In this document: in pieces, positions 47,588 through 57,760 of the stretch
Layout of the letters: each line of letters begins with the position of its first letter
Numbering within the stretch: the first letter of the stretch is position 1
Origin: Oxalobacter formigenes
GTDB lineage: Bacteria; Pseudomonadota; Gammaproteobacteria; Burkholderiales; Burkholderiaceae_D
Direction of reading: 5' to 3'
DNA: 62,901 nucleotides
Assembly: GCA_949290765.1 (NCBI GenBank)
Contig: CASETG010000017.1
Span: 1-62,901, forward strand
The notes under the pieces: model-generated
The model's input: the letters and a program-made list of their open reading frames with translations, nothing else
Told to the model about the DNA's origin: nothing
Database searches by the model: none
Position numbers and translations under genes: made by a program

Positions 47588-50500
47588 ATGAAGAATACGC
47601 AATTTGTCCATCTTCGCATGCATTCCGAGTATTCCATCGTCGATGGACTGGTGCGCATCGACGATGTGGTTGCCGCCGCTGCGGGAGATGAACAGCCCGC
47701 AATGGCGCTGACCGATCTGTCCAATGTGTTCGGGCTGATCAAGTTCTACAAGGCGGCACGCAAGAAGGGCATCAAGCCGATTGCCGGATGCGATGTCTGG
47801 ATCACCAATGATGTGGACAGGGAAAAGCCCTCGCGTTTGCTGTTGCTGGTCAAGGACAGGGCAGGGTACCTGAATTTGTGTGAGCTGCTTACAAAGGCAT
47901 GGCTGGAAAACCAGTATCGTGGCCGTGCCGAAATCCGTATCGAATGGTTGGAAGAACTGTCGGAACGCCAGAAAGATATGGGGTTGATCGCTTTGTCGGG
48001 AGCGCGGCAGGGCGATATCGGCATGGCGCTGGATTCGTCAGGTATGGACGGAGCCGAAAAGGCGGCAATACGGTGGGCGAAGATTTTTCCGGGGAATTTT
48101 TATATCGAAATCCAGCGTACAGGCCAGCTGGGTATGGAGCAATATCTTCATCGTGCCGTCGAACTGGCGGAAAAGTTGTCGTTGCCTGTGGTGGCGACGC
48201 ACCCGATACAGTTTCTGACGGCGGACCAGTTCCGCGCGCATGAAGCCAGGACCTGCATTTCGGAAGGCGAAGTGCTTTCCAACAAAAAACGTGCGCATCT
48301 TTTCAATGAAAGACAATGTTTCCAGACGCAGCATGATATGGCGGCACTGTTCGCCGACTTGCCGGGTGCGTTGGAAAATGCCGTGGCGATTGCACGCCGT
48401 TGCAATCTGGTACTGGAACTGGGACACCACAAATTGCCGCTGTTTCCGACGCCGGATGGCATGACGCTGGACGAGTTCATGGCCAGCGAGGCAAGACATG
48501 GACTGGAAAAACGTCTGGAAGTGCTGTTTCCAGACGAGGAAGAACGCAAGGCAAGACGGCCTGTCTATGATGAACGTCTGAATTATGAAATCGATACCAT
48601 CGTCAAGATGGGGTTTTCCGGTTACTTTCTGATTGTGGCGGATTTTATCCGGTGGGCGAAGAACAACGGGGTGCCGGTCGGGCCCGGGCGTGGTTCCGGG
48701 GCTGGCTCGCTGGTGGCGTATTGTTTGCTGATCACCAACCTTGACCCGATTGCCTACAATCTGATTTTCGAGCGTTTCCTGAATCCGGAACGCGTGTCGA
48801 TGCCGGACTTCGATGTCGATTTCTGCCAGCACGGGCGTGATAAGGTCATCCAGTATGTGAAAGACAGATACGGCAAGGATGCCGTCTCGCAAATCGCCAC
48901 GTTCGGCACGATGGCAGCCAAGGCGGCAGTCCGTGATGTCGGTCGTGTGCTGGATCTGGGATACAACTTCTGTGACGGTATTTCCAAACTGATTCCGTTC
49001 AAGCCAGGCAAGCAGGTCACGATTGCAGATGCCAAAAAGGAAGAACCGATTCTGGCGGAGCGCGAAAAGTCCGAAGAAGAAGTCAAACAGTTGCTCGGAC
49101 TGGCGGAACAGGTGGAAGGCATTACCCGCAATGTGGGGATGCATGCCGGCGGTGTACTGATTGCACCGGGCAAGCTGACCGATTTCTGTCCGCTTTATAC
49201 CCAGGATGGAGAGTCGGGCGTCGTCTCGCAGTTCGACAAAAAGGATGTCGAGGAAATCGGGCTGGTCAAGTTCGACTTTCTCGGACTGACGACATTGACC
49301 ATTCTCGATCTGGCGATGAGATATATTCATGGTCTGGATTCGGGCATGGCGGATTTCAGCCTCGATACAATTCCGCTGGACGACAAGGATACATTCAGGT
49401 TGCTTACCGATGCGAAAACCGTGGCGGTGTTCCAGCTGGAAAGTCGTGGTATGCAGGGGATGTTGAGGGAGGCGAAACCGGACCGTTTCGAGGACATTAT
49501 CGCGCTGGTGGCATTGTATCGTCCGGGACCGATGGATTTGATTCCGGATTATTGCCGCCGCAAGCATGGCGAGGCTTTCGAATATCCTGATGAACGGACG
49601 AAGGGTATTTTGTCCGAGACGTACGGCATCATGATTTATCAGGAACAGGTCATGCAGATGGCGCAGGTTATCGGCGGCTATACCCTGGGCGGCGCCGATC
49701 TGTTACGCCGCGCGATGGGGAAGAAGGATGCAGCGGAAATGGCACGCCATCGCCAGACTTTCCGTGATGGCGCGGCGAAAAACAATCTGTCGCAGGAAAA
49801 GGCTGACGAGATTTTCGACCTGATGGAAAAATTTGCCGGATACGGTTTCAACAAGTCGCATGCGACTGCGTATGCACTGTTGTCATATCAGACGGCTTAC
49901 CTGAAAAGGCATCATGCAGCCGCATTCATGGCGGCCAACATGTCGCTGGCGATGGATGATACCGACAAGGTGAAAGTGCTGGTGGAAGATTCGGTCAATG
50001 TCTGTGGTCTCGAGATGCTGCCGCCGGACATCAACCAGTCCGATTATTATTTCAAACCGGTCAGGGATGCATCGGCGGAAGGCGGAAAACAGGCGAGACA
50101 GATACGTTATGGTCTGGGGGCGGTCAAGGGCTCCGGAGAAAGTGCGATCGAGGCGATCGTTCAGGCGCGTCAGGAGGGTCCGTTCAAGGACCTGTTCGAT
50201 TTTTGCGTCAGGGTGGACAAGCATCAGGTCAACCGGCGCACGATAGAGTCGCTGATTCGCGCCGGTGCATGCGACTGTTTCGGAGAGGACAGAGCCGTAT
50301 TGCTGGCATCGGTACCGCTGGCACTCGAGGCTGCCGAACAGGCCGAGGCCGCAGCCAACCAGGTCAGCTTGTTCGGGGACGATGATACGGTGCTCAATGC
50401 CGTTGAGTATGTCAGGGTACCGCACTGGACGGACAAATATCGCTTGTCGGAAGAAAAAAACGTGCTGGGTTTTTGCATGTCAGGACACATGTTCGATGCC

Positions 50501-51052
50501 TATGCAGAGGAAGCGCGCAATTTTTGTCAGAACCGTATATCCGAGCTGGACAGCTCGCGGGAACCGAAATGGGTGGCGGGCATGATTGCCGCTGTCCGGA
50601 CACAAATGTCCCAGCGCGGTAAAATGATGATCGTGTCGCTGGATGATGGAACCGCCATGATCGATGTGACGGTCTTTTCGGAATTGCTTGAGGAAAAGCA
50701 ATCCTTGTTCAAGGAAGATGAGTTCGTTGCGGTATTCGGCAAGGTATCGGAAGACCGTTTTTCGGGAGGCTTGCGGATGACGGCCGACGATGCGCTCGAT
50801 ATCGTCGGCGCACGACTTCAGTTCGGCCAGTATCTGTCTTTTGCATTGCAGGAGAAAATCGGTGCGCAGGAACTCAGGGCGCTGTTGCAACCGTATGTCG
50901 CGAAGGAACGCGGTTTTCATCTGATTGCGGAATATACGTCCGGCGGCAATACCTGTCGCTTCGATTTCGGCGATGACTGGCGGATCGTTCCGGATGATGC
51001 GTGCCTGAACAATTTGGCGCAGCGTCTGGGGAAGATGCAAATCGCATATTGA
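47588..51052 (+). CDS. dnaE: DNA polymerase III alpha subunit
   Basis: PHP domain (HLRMHSEYS), GRGSGAGS, PDFDVD, FNKSH and OB fold. Confidence 0.98.
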   Translation: MKNTQFVHLRMHSEYSIVDGLVRIDDVVAAAAGDEQPAMALTDLSNVFGLIKFYKAARKKGIKPIAGCDVWITNDVDREKPSRLLLLVKDRAGYLNLCELLTKAWLENQYRGRAEIRIEWLEELSERQKDMGLIALSGARQGDIGMALDSSGMDGAEKAAIRWAKIFPGNFYIEIQRTGQLGMEQYLHRAVELAEKLSLPVVATHPIQFLTADQFRAHEARTCISEGEVLSNKKRAHLFNERQCFQTQHDMAALFADLPGALENAVAIARRCNLVLELGHHKLPLFPTPDGMTLDEFMASEARHGLEKRLEVLFPDEEERKARRPVYDERLNYEIDTIVKMGFSGYFLIVADFIRWAKNNGVPVGPGRGSGAGSLVAYCLLITNLDPIAYNLIFERFLNPERVSMPDFDVDFCQHGRDKVIQYVKDRYGKDAVSQIATFGTMAAKAAVRDVGRVLDLGYNFCDGISKLIPFKPGKQVTIADAKKEEPILAEREKSEEEVKQLLGLAEQVEGITRNVGMHAGGVLIAPGKLTDFCPLYTQDGESGVVSQFDKKDVEEIGLVKFDFLGLTTLTILDLAMRYIHGLDSGMADFSLDTIPLDDKDTFRLLTDAKTVAVFQLESRGMQGMLREAKPDRFEDIIALVALYRPGPMDLIPDYCRRKHGEAFEYPDERTKGILSETYGIMIYQEQVMQMAQVIGGYTLGGADLLRRAMGKKDAAEMARHRQTFRDGAAKNNLSQEKADEIFDLMEKFAGYGFNKSHATAYALLSYQTAYLKRHHAAAFMAANMSLAMDDTDKVKVLVEDSVNVCGLEMLPPDINQSDYYFKPVRDASAEGGKQARQIRYGLGAVKGSGESAIEAIVQARQEGPFKDLFDFCVRVDKHQVNRRTIESLIRAGACDCFGEDRAVLLASVPLALEAAEQAEAAANQVSLFGDDDTVLNAVEYVRVPHWTDKYRLSEEKNVLGFCMSGHMFDAYAEEARNFCQNRISELDSSREPKWVAGMIAAVRTQMSQRGKMMIVSLDDGTAMIDVTVFSELLEEKQSLFKEDEFVAVFGKVSEDRFSGGLRMTADDALDIVGARLQFGQYLSFALQEKIGAQELRALLQPYVAKERGFHLIAEYTSGGNTCRFDFGDDWRIVPDDACLNNLAQRLGKMQIAY

Positions 51053-51119
51053 ATGCTATGGGCTATCTGAACGGAAAATGAAACGGATGGCGGGAATGGA
51101 TAACGGGTGATGGACCTTC

Positions 51120-52211
51120 ATGAATAGGACGGCAGGACGGATACTGGTCATATCGCCGAACTGGATCGGCGATGCAATCATGGCGCAACCCTTGTTGCAG
51201 TTGCTCAAACAGCAGGATGCGACTGTGCTTGTCGATGTACTGGCGCCGGCATGGGTCGCGCCTGTATGGGAAGCCATGCCGGAGGTCAATCAGGTTTATG
51301 CCACGCAATTCAGACATGGCAAGTTGCAGCTCGGGGAACGGTGGCGTCTGGCGCGTTCGCTCAGGGATATGTCGTATGACAGGGCCTATGTGTTGCCCAA
51401 TACCCTGAAATTCGCATTGATTCCGTGGATGGCGGGTATTCCCGAGCGGATCGGTTATCTGGGCGAGAAACGTTATGGTTTGCTCAACGTCATTCACCAT
51501 GACGACAAGGATTCGCCGCGACCGATGATACCGTTCTATGCGGCGCTGGCCAGCCCGCCTTCCGGTACGGTGCAAGACAGGGAAGCGTATCCGGTTCCGC
51601 ATATGGTTGTCGAAAAGGAAAAAGCCGAACGTGTACTGGAAAAGCTGGGAATGGATACGGGCAAGCGTATTGTCGCGTTCGCACCCGGTGCCGAGTTCGG
51701 TCCTGCCAAACGCTGGCCGGTTCATGGTTTTGCAAGTCTTGCCAGACGGATTCTCGCGGATTTCGGCGATGTCTGTATCGTTCTTCTGGGGTCTCCCAAC
51801 GACAGGCCGGTTTGTGACGAGATTGCGGCACAGGCACCTGGCGTGAAAAATCTGGCAGGCAAAACGACGCTTGCCGAAGCGATTGCGCTGATTTCGCAAA
51901 TAGATGCCATGGTGACGAACGACTCCGGACTGATGCATGTCGCATCGGCTTTTGAAAAGCCGGTCATCGCCATATATGGTTCGACTGATTACCATCATAC
52001 GCCACCGTTTTCCAGATATTCGGAAATCGTGTCGCTGGATTTGCCGTGTGCGCCTTGCCAGAAGAGAGAATGTCCGCTGGGGCATCACGACTGTATGGAA
52101 AAACTGGGGCCCGACAGTGTGTATCGGGCGTTGAAAAAATATCTTGCCGGTTCTGTCACCATTCGGGAGCAGGACAGGCAAACGGCTGGAAATGAAAGAG
52201 GAAAGCCATGA
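51120..52211 (+). CDS. waaF: ADP-heptose:LPS heptosyltransferase II
   Basis: PNWIGDAIM, PGAEFGPAKRWP and NDSGLMHVA motifs. Confidence 0.93.
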   Translation: MNRTAGRILVISPNWIGDAIMAQPLLQLLKQQDATVLVDVLAPAWVAPVWEAMPEVNQVYATQFRHGKLQLGERWRLARSLRDMSYDRAYVLPNTLKFALIPWMAGIPERIGYLGEKRYGLLNVIHHDDKDSPRPMIPFYAALASPPSGTVQDREAYPVPHMVVEKEKAERVLEKLGMDTGKRIVAFAPGAEFGPAKRWPVHGFASLARRILADFGDVCIVLLGSPNDRPVCDEIAAQAPGVKNLAGKTTLAEAIALISQIDAMVTNDSGLMHVASAFEKPVIAIYGSTDYHHTPPFSRYSEIVSLDLPCAPCQKRECPLGHHDCMEKLGPDSVYRALKKYLAGSVTIREQDRQTAGNERGKP

Positions 52212-52972
52212 CACCGATTAGCGGATTGGTGATTACATTGAATGAAGCGCACAATATCGTCGATTGCATTCATTCCATGAAACAGGTTTGCGACGATGTG
52301 GTCGTTGTGGATTCCGGCAGTACGGACGGCACGATCGAGCTGGCGCGCGAGCATGGTGCATTGGTCATCGTGCAAAAACCCTTTCTGGGAGATGGCCCGC
52401 AACGCTCGCTGGGTTTGCCGCATTGCCGTCATCGCTGGGTGCTGAATCTGGATGCGGATGAGCGTCTGGAAGATGATTTCGTCGACTATGTACGGCAAAC
52501 CGATCTGGATTCGCTGGGGGTCGATCTGGTGGAAACGCGGCGCCGGAATTTTCTCGGCAGCCGTTTCACTCCCTATGCCGGGCAATATCCCGATTATGTC
52601 AAGCGTCTGTTCAATCGGGAAAAGGCGGATTTCAAGCCGGTGGTGGCGCATTCCCATATCGAGGCGGCCTCGTCAAAGAAGGTGCCGGTTCATATCACAC
52701 ATTTCTCCTATCGTGATTATCCAGATCTGGTCGCCAAAAGCCGGTATTCGGGATGGCTTGCCAAAGATCTGGCAGAAAGCGGCAAGCCCTTGCATGTCTG
52801 GCAACCGATATTGCATGGTTTGTGGGCGTTCATCCGTCATTACCTCATTCAGGCAGGTTTTCTGGCCGGTCTTGACGGCCTGACGATTTCATTGTGCAAG
52901 GGACTGAGTTCGTATCTCAAATATGCTCATGCCATCGAATTGCGGCGTAGCCGGAAAAAGGAAAGTTCATGA
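52208..52972 (+). CDS. GT2 glycosyltransferase (KdtX/WaaE-like, LPS core)
   Basis: ITLNEA, VDSGSTDGT, LDADE and YPDY..RLF motifs. Confidence 0.88.
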   Translation: MTPISGLVITLNEAHNIVDCIHSMKQVCDDVVVVDSGSTDGTIELAREHGALVIVQKPFLGDGPQRSLGLPHCRHRWVLNLDADERLEDDFVDYVRQTDLDSLGVDLVETRRRNFLGSRFTPYAGQYPDYVKRLFNREKADFKPVVAHSHIEAASSKKVPVHITHFSYRDYPDLVAKSRYSGWLAKDLAESGKPLHVWQPILHGLWAFIRHYLIQAGFLAGLDGLTISLCKGLSSYLKYAHAIELRRSRKKESS

Positions 52973-54045
52973 GTACATTGCCGGGTATCAATCTTGTCTG
53001 GCATTCCATCCGGCCACAGGGTGGCATGGACAGGCATGTACTGGATCTTATCAGCGGATTTTCGTCACGCGGCATTCCGATGCGCGTCATCGCGCGAACC
53101 GTCTCCTGGCCCGGAGAAAAGCCTGACAATGTCGAATTTGTCGTTTTGCCCGACAGGACGCCTTTCCAGCGCTTCAACAACAACCGTTTCGAGCACAAGG
53201 CGTACGAACACATCAGAACTGGATGGCCGGTCATCGGCATTTCGAGAATCACCGGTGGACCGGTCGATTTGTCCATTTCTGGCGGCACTCACCCGGCGCA
53301 TCTGGTGGACAAGGGAAAAGCGAAACCGGGTTATTTCGACAGACAGGTGATCGCCAATGAACGCGCGCTCTATACGAATTCGAGAGCGATCGTGACGCAT
53401 TCCGGAAGGGTTCGCGACGAGATCGTTCGGGATTACCAGATTGATCCGGCGAAAATCCATGTACTGTATCCGCCAATCGATACAACGTTTTTCAATCGTG
53501 GACTGGAAGCCGAACGTGATCGTATCAGGCAATCGCTTGGCATCGGCAAGGGGCAGTTTCTCTTGCTGTTTCCGTCCAACAATCATGAATTGAAAGGTGC
53601 CGATCTGATTCTGGAAGCACTGGAAAAACATGAAGGGGATTTTGTGCTGGCTGTCGCAGGCAAAAAGGAGCTGAAACATCCGCGCGTTCTGAATCTGGGG
53701 TTCAGGCAGGATATGCCTGCGCTGTATACGGCAGCCGATGCGACCATACTGGCCTCGAAATACGAGGCATTCGGTCTGGTCGGACCGGAATCCATTTCAT
53801 GCGGTACGCCGGTACTCTTCGCCGATACGATCGGTGCGACCGAAGTGTTGTCAGAACCGGGCTGCTACCGCTTCAGACGGAATGCTGATGATCTGGAAAG
53901 ATTGCTGACCCGGATGGATGAGCGCTTTCATGAGGGGAGCCTGAGAGTGGAGACACCGTCGGAATGTATCCATTATCCCTATGTGTTCGACGATTATCTT
54001 GACGAATTGGTCAGGCTGATCAGAACGTCGGCTACATCAGAATGA
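52969..54045 (+). CDS. GT4 glycosyltransferase (LPS biosynthesis)
   Basis: GGMDRH N-terminus and EAFGLVGPE (ExFG..E) motif. Confidence 0.88.
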   Translation: MSTLPGINLVWHSIRPQGGMDRHVLDLISGFSSRGIPMRVIARTVSWPGEKPDNVEFVVLPDRTPFQRFNNNRFEHKAYEHIRTGWPVIGISRITGGPVDLSISGGTHPAHLVDKGKAKPGYFDRQVIANERALYTNSRAIVTHSGRVRDEIVRDYQIDPAKIHVLYPPIDTTFFNRGLEAERDRIRQSLGIGKGQFLLLFPSNNHELKGADLILEALEKHEGDFVLAVAGKKELKHPRVLNLGFRQDMPALYTAADATILASKYEAFGLVGPESISCGTPVLFADTIGATEVLSEPGCYRFRRNADDLERLLTRMDERFHEGSLRVETPSECIHYPYVFDDYLDELVRLIRTSATSE

Positions 54046-55495
54046 CATCGTACTGGTTCTGCATGTAGGCCGATTCGACCTGAAGGGAAACCGGTTTGCC
54101 GATCAGATCGCCCAGCGCGGCGAGGTGCTGTGATTCTTCTTCCAGAAAGCGGTCGATGACCGTTTGCGATGCCAGAATCCGGAATTCTTTGGGACTGAAT
54201 TGGCGGGCTTCGCGCACGATGTCCCGCATGATTTCGTAGCAGATCGTTTGCGAGGTCTTGATTTGTCCCTGACCGTGACATACCGGACAGGGCTCGCACA
54301 GGATGTGCGCCAGCGATTCACGCGTTCGCTTGCGGGTCATTTCCACAAGGCCCAGTGCGGAGAAATCGGAGATGGACACTTTGGTACGGTCGTTGGCGAG
54401 GGTTTTCCTGAGTTCATCCATGACGGCGTTACGGTGTTCCTGATTTGTCATGTCGATGAAATCGAGGATGATGATGCCGCCCAGATTACGCAATCGCAGT
54501 TGCCGTGCGATGGCATGTGCCGCTTCCAGATTGGTCTTGAAAATCGTATCGTCGAAAGTGCGGCCGTTGACGAAACCGCCGGTATTGACATCGATGGTCG
54601 TCATGGCTTCCGTCTGGTCGATGATCAGGTAACCGCCGGATTTGAGGTTGACCCGTCTGGACAGGGCCAGCTGGATTTCTTCCTCGACGTTGTAAAGATC
54701 GAAGAGCGGACGGTCGCCTTCGTAGCATGACAGGCGTTCGATGATGTCCGGCATGTAGAGGCGGGCGAACTCATGCAGTTTGAGATATTCGTCGCGGGAA
54801 TCCACCAGAATCCGTGTCGTGTCTTCATGGACACAATCGCGCAGGATGCGTTCGGACAGGGTGAGGTCTTCGTACAACAGCGCCGGCGCAGCCGTGGTAT
54901 AGGCCTTGTCCTTGAGGGATTGCCAGAGCTTTTGCAGGAAAACGGCATCGGCCTCGAGATCTTGGTCAGAAGCGTCTTCGGCCATGGTGCGGATGATGAA
55001 ACCGCCTTTTTCATCATCGGACAGGAGTTGTTGTACCCGGTTTTTCAGCGATTCCCTTTCTTTTTCGTTCTGGATGCGTTGTGAAATGCCGATATGTTTT
55101 TCCTGCGGCAGGTAAACCAGCATGCGACCGGCAATGGAAATCTGGGTGGAAAGCCGCGCGCCCTTGGTGCCAAGCGGATCCTTGATGACGCGTACCATGA
55201 CGGATTGTCCATCTGTCAGCATCCGTTCGATCGGTACCGGTTTGCCGGACGGTGTATCGGCCTGATGGGCTTCCAGTATGTCATCGATATGAAGAAAGGC
55301 GGCGCGCTCCAGACCAATATCGACAAAGGCGGATTGCATGCCCGGCAAAACGCGGACAACGCGACCGAGATAAACGTTTCCGGCCAGTCCGCGGGTTTGC
55401 GAACGTTCGATGTGCAATTCCTGTGTAGCACCTTCGGAAACGATAGCGATTCGCGTTTCCTGTGGTGTGATATTGATGAGGATATCTTCTTTCAT
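54032..55495 (-). CDS. rng: Ribonuclease G
   Basis: S1 domain (GMQSAFVDIG), DVNTG and IILDFIDM motifs. Confidence 0.96.
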   Translation of the reverse strand: MKEDILINITPQETRIAIVSEGATQELHIERSQTRGLAGNVYLGRVVRVLPGMQSAFVDIGLERAAFLHIDDILEAHQADTPSGKPVPIERMLTDGQSVMVRVIKDPLGTKGARLSTQISIAGRMLVYLPQEKHIGISQRIQNEKERESLKNRVQQLLSDDEKGGFIIRTMAEDASDQDLEADAVFLQKLWQSLKDKAYTTAAPALLYEDLTLSERILRDCVHEDTTRILVDSRDEYLKLHEFARLYMPDIIERLSCYEGDRPLFDLYNVEEEIQLALSRRVNLKSGGYLIIDQTEAMTTIDVNTGGFVNGRTFDDTIFKTNLEAAHAIARQLRLRNLGGIIILDFIDMTNQEHRNAVMDELRKTLANDRTKVSISDFSALGLVEMTRKRTRESLAHILCEPCPVCHGQGQIKTSQTICYEIMRDIVREARQFSPKEFRILASQTVIDRFLEEESQHLAALGDLIGKPVSLQVESAYMQNQYDVILM

Positions 55496-56112
55496 GGGAT
55501 AAGCACTCCCGCTTTTCTCAACAGTACAGTCGTTTCATACAGCGGCAGTCCCATGATACCGGAATAGCTGCCCTGTATGCCGGAAATGAATTTGCCCGCC
55601 AGTCCCTGAATGCCGTACCCACCTGCCTTGTCGTATGGCTCGCCTGTTTCGGTATAGGCGGAAATCTGTTCAGGCGTCAGGCTGGCGAAGGTGACGTCGG
55701 AAATCTGTACGGTTTGCCACAGTTGTTCATCGCGAATGACGGCAACAGCGGTCAGTACCTGATGAGTACGTCCGGAGAGGCACGAAAGCATGGCGAACGC
55801 TTCGTCGCGGTTTGCAGGCTTGCCAAGAATTTGTCGGTCGATTGTGACGGTGGTATCGGCCGTCAGGACGGGATATCGCTTTTTGTCTGTCGAGATGAGA
55901 AAACGCCAGGCATATTGGGCTTTTTCACGAGCGAGGCGACTGACGTAATCGAGCGCGTTCTCATCGGGACGGACGGTTTCGTCGATCATGTCGGCATGTA
56001 CCGTATCCTGTGCGGGAACTTCCAGCAGACGGAATTGTACGGCGATCTGGTTGAGCAATTCCTGTCGTCTCGGGCTTTTGGAGGCCAGATAAATCAAGTC
56101 GTCGGTGGCCAT
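55492..56112 (-). CDS. maf: Maf-family nucleoside triphosphate pyrophosphatase (YhdE-like)
   Basis: LASKSPRR, ADT and DKAGGYGIQG motifs. Confidence 0.95.
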   Translation of the reverse strand: MATDDLIYLASKSPRRQELLNQIAVQFRLLEVPAQDTVHADMIDETVRPDENALDYVSRLAREKAQYAWRFLISTDKKRYPVLTADTTVTIDRQILGKPANRDEAFAMLSCLSGRTHQVLTAVAVIRDEQLWQTVQISDVTFASLTPEQISAYTETGEPYDKAGGYGIQGLAGKFISGIQGSYSGIMGLPLYETTVLLRKAGVLIP

Positions 56113-56118
56113 GGCGCA

Positions 56119-56589
56119 TCAACTCCGGTGATAGGGATGGTTTTGCAGGATGGTGGAGGCGCGGTAAAGCTGTTCAGTCAGCAGGACACGTACCATGCCG
56201 TGCGGCAGGGTCAGAGAGGACAGACGAACCAGCATGTCGGCCTGTTTTTTCAACCCGGCATCGAGCCCGTCCGCTCCCCCGATGACGAAAACGATATCCC
56301 GTCCGTCCTGCAGCCAGTTTTTCATATGGGCAGCCATCTGGACGGTTGTCAGATCTTTGCCGCGCTCGTCCAGCGCGATGAGGCGTGCGTTTTTCGGAAT
56401 GGCGGCGCGGATTTTCGTGGCTTCCGATGCCATGACAGTTTCGGCGCTCCGGTTGCCGGCACGTTCGACGGGTTTCAGTTCCTTGATGTTGAAGTGCCAT
56501 TCGGGCGGCATGCGCCTGGCATATTCCGCAAAACCGTTTTCTATCCAGCCGGGCATGCGATGTCCGACAGCGATTACCGTGACCTGCAT
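56119..56589 (-). CDS. rlmH: 23S rRNA pseudouridine1915 N3-methyltransferase
   Basis: IGGADG, LTLPH and EQLYRA..HPYH motifs. Confidence 0.97.
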   Translation of the reverse strand: MQVTVIAVGHRMPGWIENGFAEYARRMPPEWHFNIKELKPVERAGNRSAETVMASEATKIRAAIPKNARLIALDERGKDLTTVQMAAHMKNWLQDGRDIVFVIGGADGLDAGLKKQADMLVRLSSLTLPHGMVRVLLTEQLYRASTILQNHPYHRS

Positions 56590-56595
56590 GGGCTG

Positions 56596-57030
56596 TCACC
56601 CGGCCCTGGTTTTGTCGCCCGTTTCGGTACCAGTTTGCGCCTTTCCTGTCTTTTTGCGCGATTTTTCGCCGGATGCGCCAAGAGCCCTGGCGGTATCCAG
56701 GTCGATGGGAGTTTCGCCCCAGATTTCTTCCAGACGGTAATAGTTCCGGATAGGCGGCTGCATGATATGAACGATCAGAGCGCCCAAATCGACAAGCACC
56801 CATTCGCCGGTGTCTTCGCCCTCGATGCTGACGATGTCGCCGCCGGCTTCACGAATCTTGTCTCTTACGGATGCCGCGAGCGCTTTCGTCTGGCGGTTGG
56901 ATGTGCCGGATGCGATGACGATCCGTTCGAAAAGACTGGTCAGTTTTGACGTATCGAACAAGACGATGTCCGATGCCTTGACATCTTCCAGCGCGTCGAT
57001 AACCAGAGCCTGTAATTTTTCAATATCCAT
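56596..57030 (-). CDS. rsfS: Ribosome silencing factor
   Basis: IASGTSNRQ and WVLVDLG..VHIM..YYRLEEIW motifs. Confidence 0.96.
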   Translation of the reverse strand: MDIEKLQALVIDALEDVKASDIVLFDTSKLTSLFERIVIASGTSNRQTKALAASVRDKIREAGGDIVSIEGEDTGEWVLVDLGALIVHIMQPPIRNYYRLEEIWGETPIDLDTARALGASGEKSRKKTGKAQTGTETGDKTRAG

Positions 57031-57683
57031 CAGTTTCTGTACAGATTGTTTTCCTTGATATAGTCCAGAACCGGCGCCGGTACCAGCGCGGTCGGGCTTT
57101 GACGGTTTTGCAATGCCGCCCGGATTTCGGTCGCGGAGACATTGATTTGCAAATCCCGGGCGAGATAGGTCAGGCCGGCCGGCGTCGAAGTGATTTTGTC
57201 GGGGTCTGCGAAACGGCGCGAAAATTCATCGGCGATCGCCTTGGGAATCAGGGTCAGCGAATTGGAAAATCCGGGACGTGCCGAAACGGCGATATTGGTC
57301 AGCTCAAAGAGCTGGCGCCAGTTGTGCCAGGTATCCAGCCGCAACAGCTGGTCGGCTCCCATCAGGAAAATCAGCGAAACATCCGGGCCGACCTCACTGC
57401 GGATGGCCTTGAGCGTATCGATGGTATAGGTCGCACCGGGACGGTCGATTTCCTGGGTGTCGATCGTGATGGAAAGACCGAGTTGCCCGAAAGCGCATTT
57501 GAGCATGGTGACACGCTGTTCGGGAGTCGCTTTCAGCAACGGTTTTTGCCAGGGATTGCCTGCCGGAATGAGCCGCAATTCATCCGTGCCAAAGAGACGG
57601 CAGAAATATTTGCCGAGTTCGACGTGTCCGATATGTACCGGATCGAAGCTGCCGCCTAAAAGAATGATGCATCGTTTTGTCAA
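57030..57683 (-). CDS. nadD: Nicotinate-nucleotide adenylyltransferase
   Basis: GGSFDPVHIGH, MGAD and SATEIR motifs. Confidence 0.95.
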   Translation of the reverse strand: MTKRCIILLGGSFDPVHIGHVELGKYFCRLFGTDELRLIPAGNPWQKPLLKATPEQRVTMLKCAFGQLGLSITIDTQEIDRPGATYTIDTLKAIRSEVGPDVSLIFLMGADQLLRLDTWHNWRQLFELTNIAVSARPGFSNSLTLIPKAIADEFSRRFADPDKITSTPAGLTYLARDLQINVSATEIRAALQNRQSPTALVPAPVLDYIKENNLYRN

Positions 57684-57760
57684 ATCAACTCCGTTTCGGC
57701 TCGGGTCGCCTGCCGGTCCGGTAACGCTTGCCGACAGGCAACGGGTTCACATTCTGGCGT

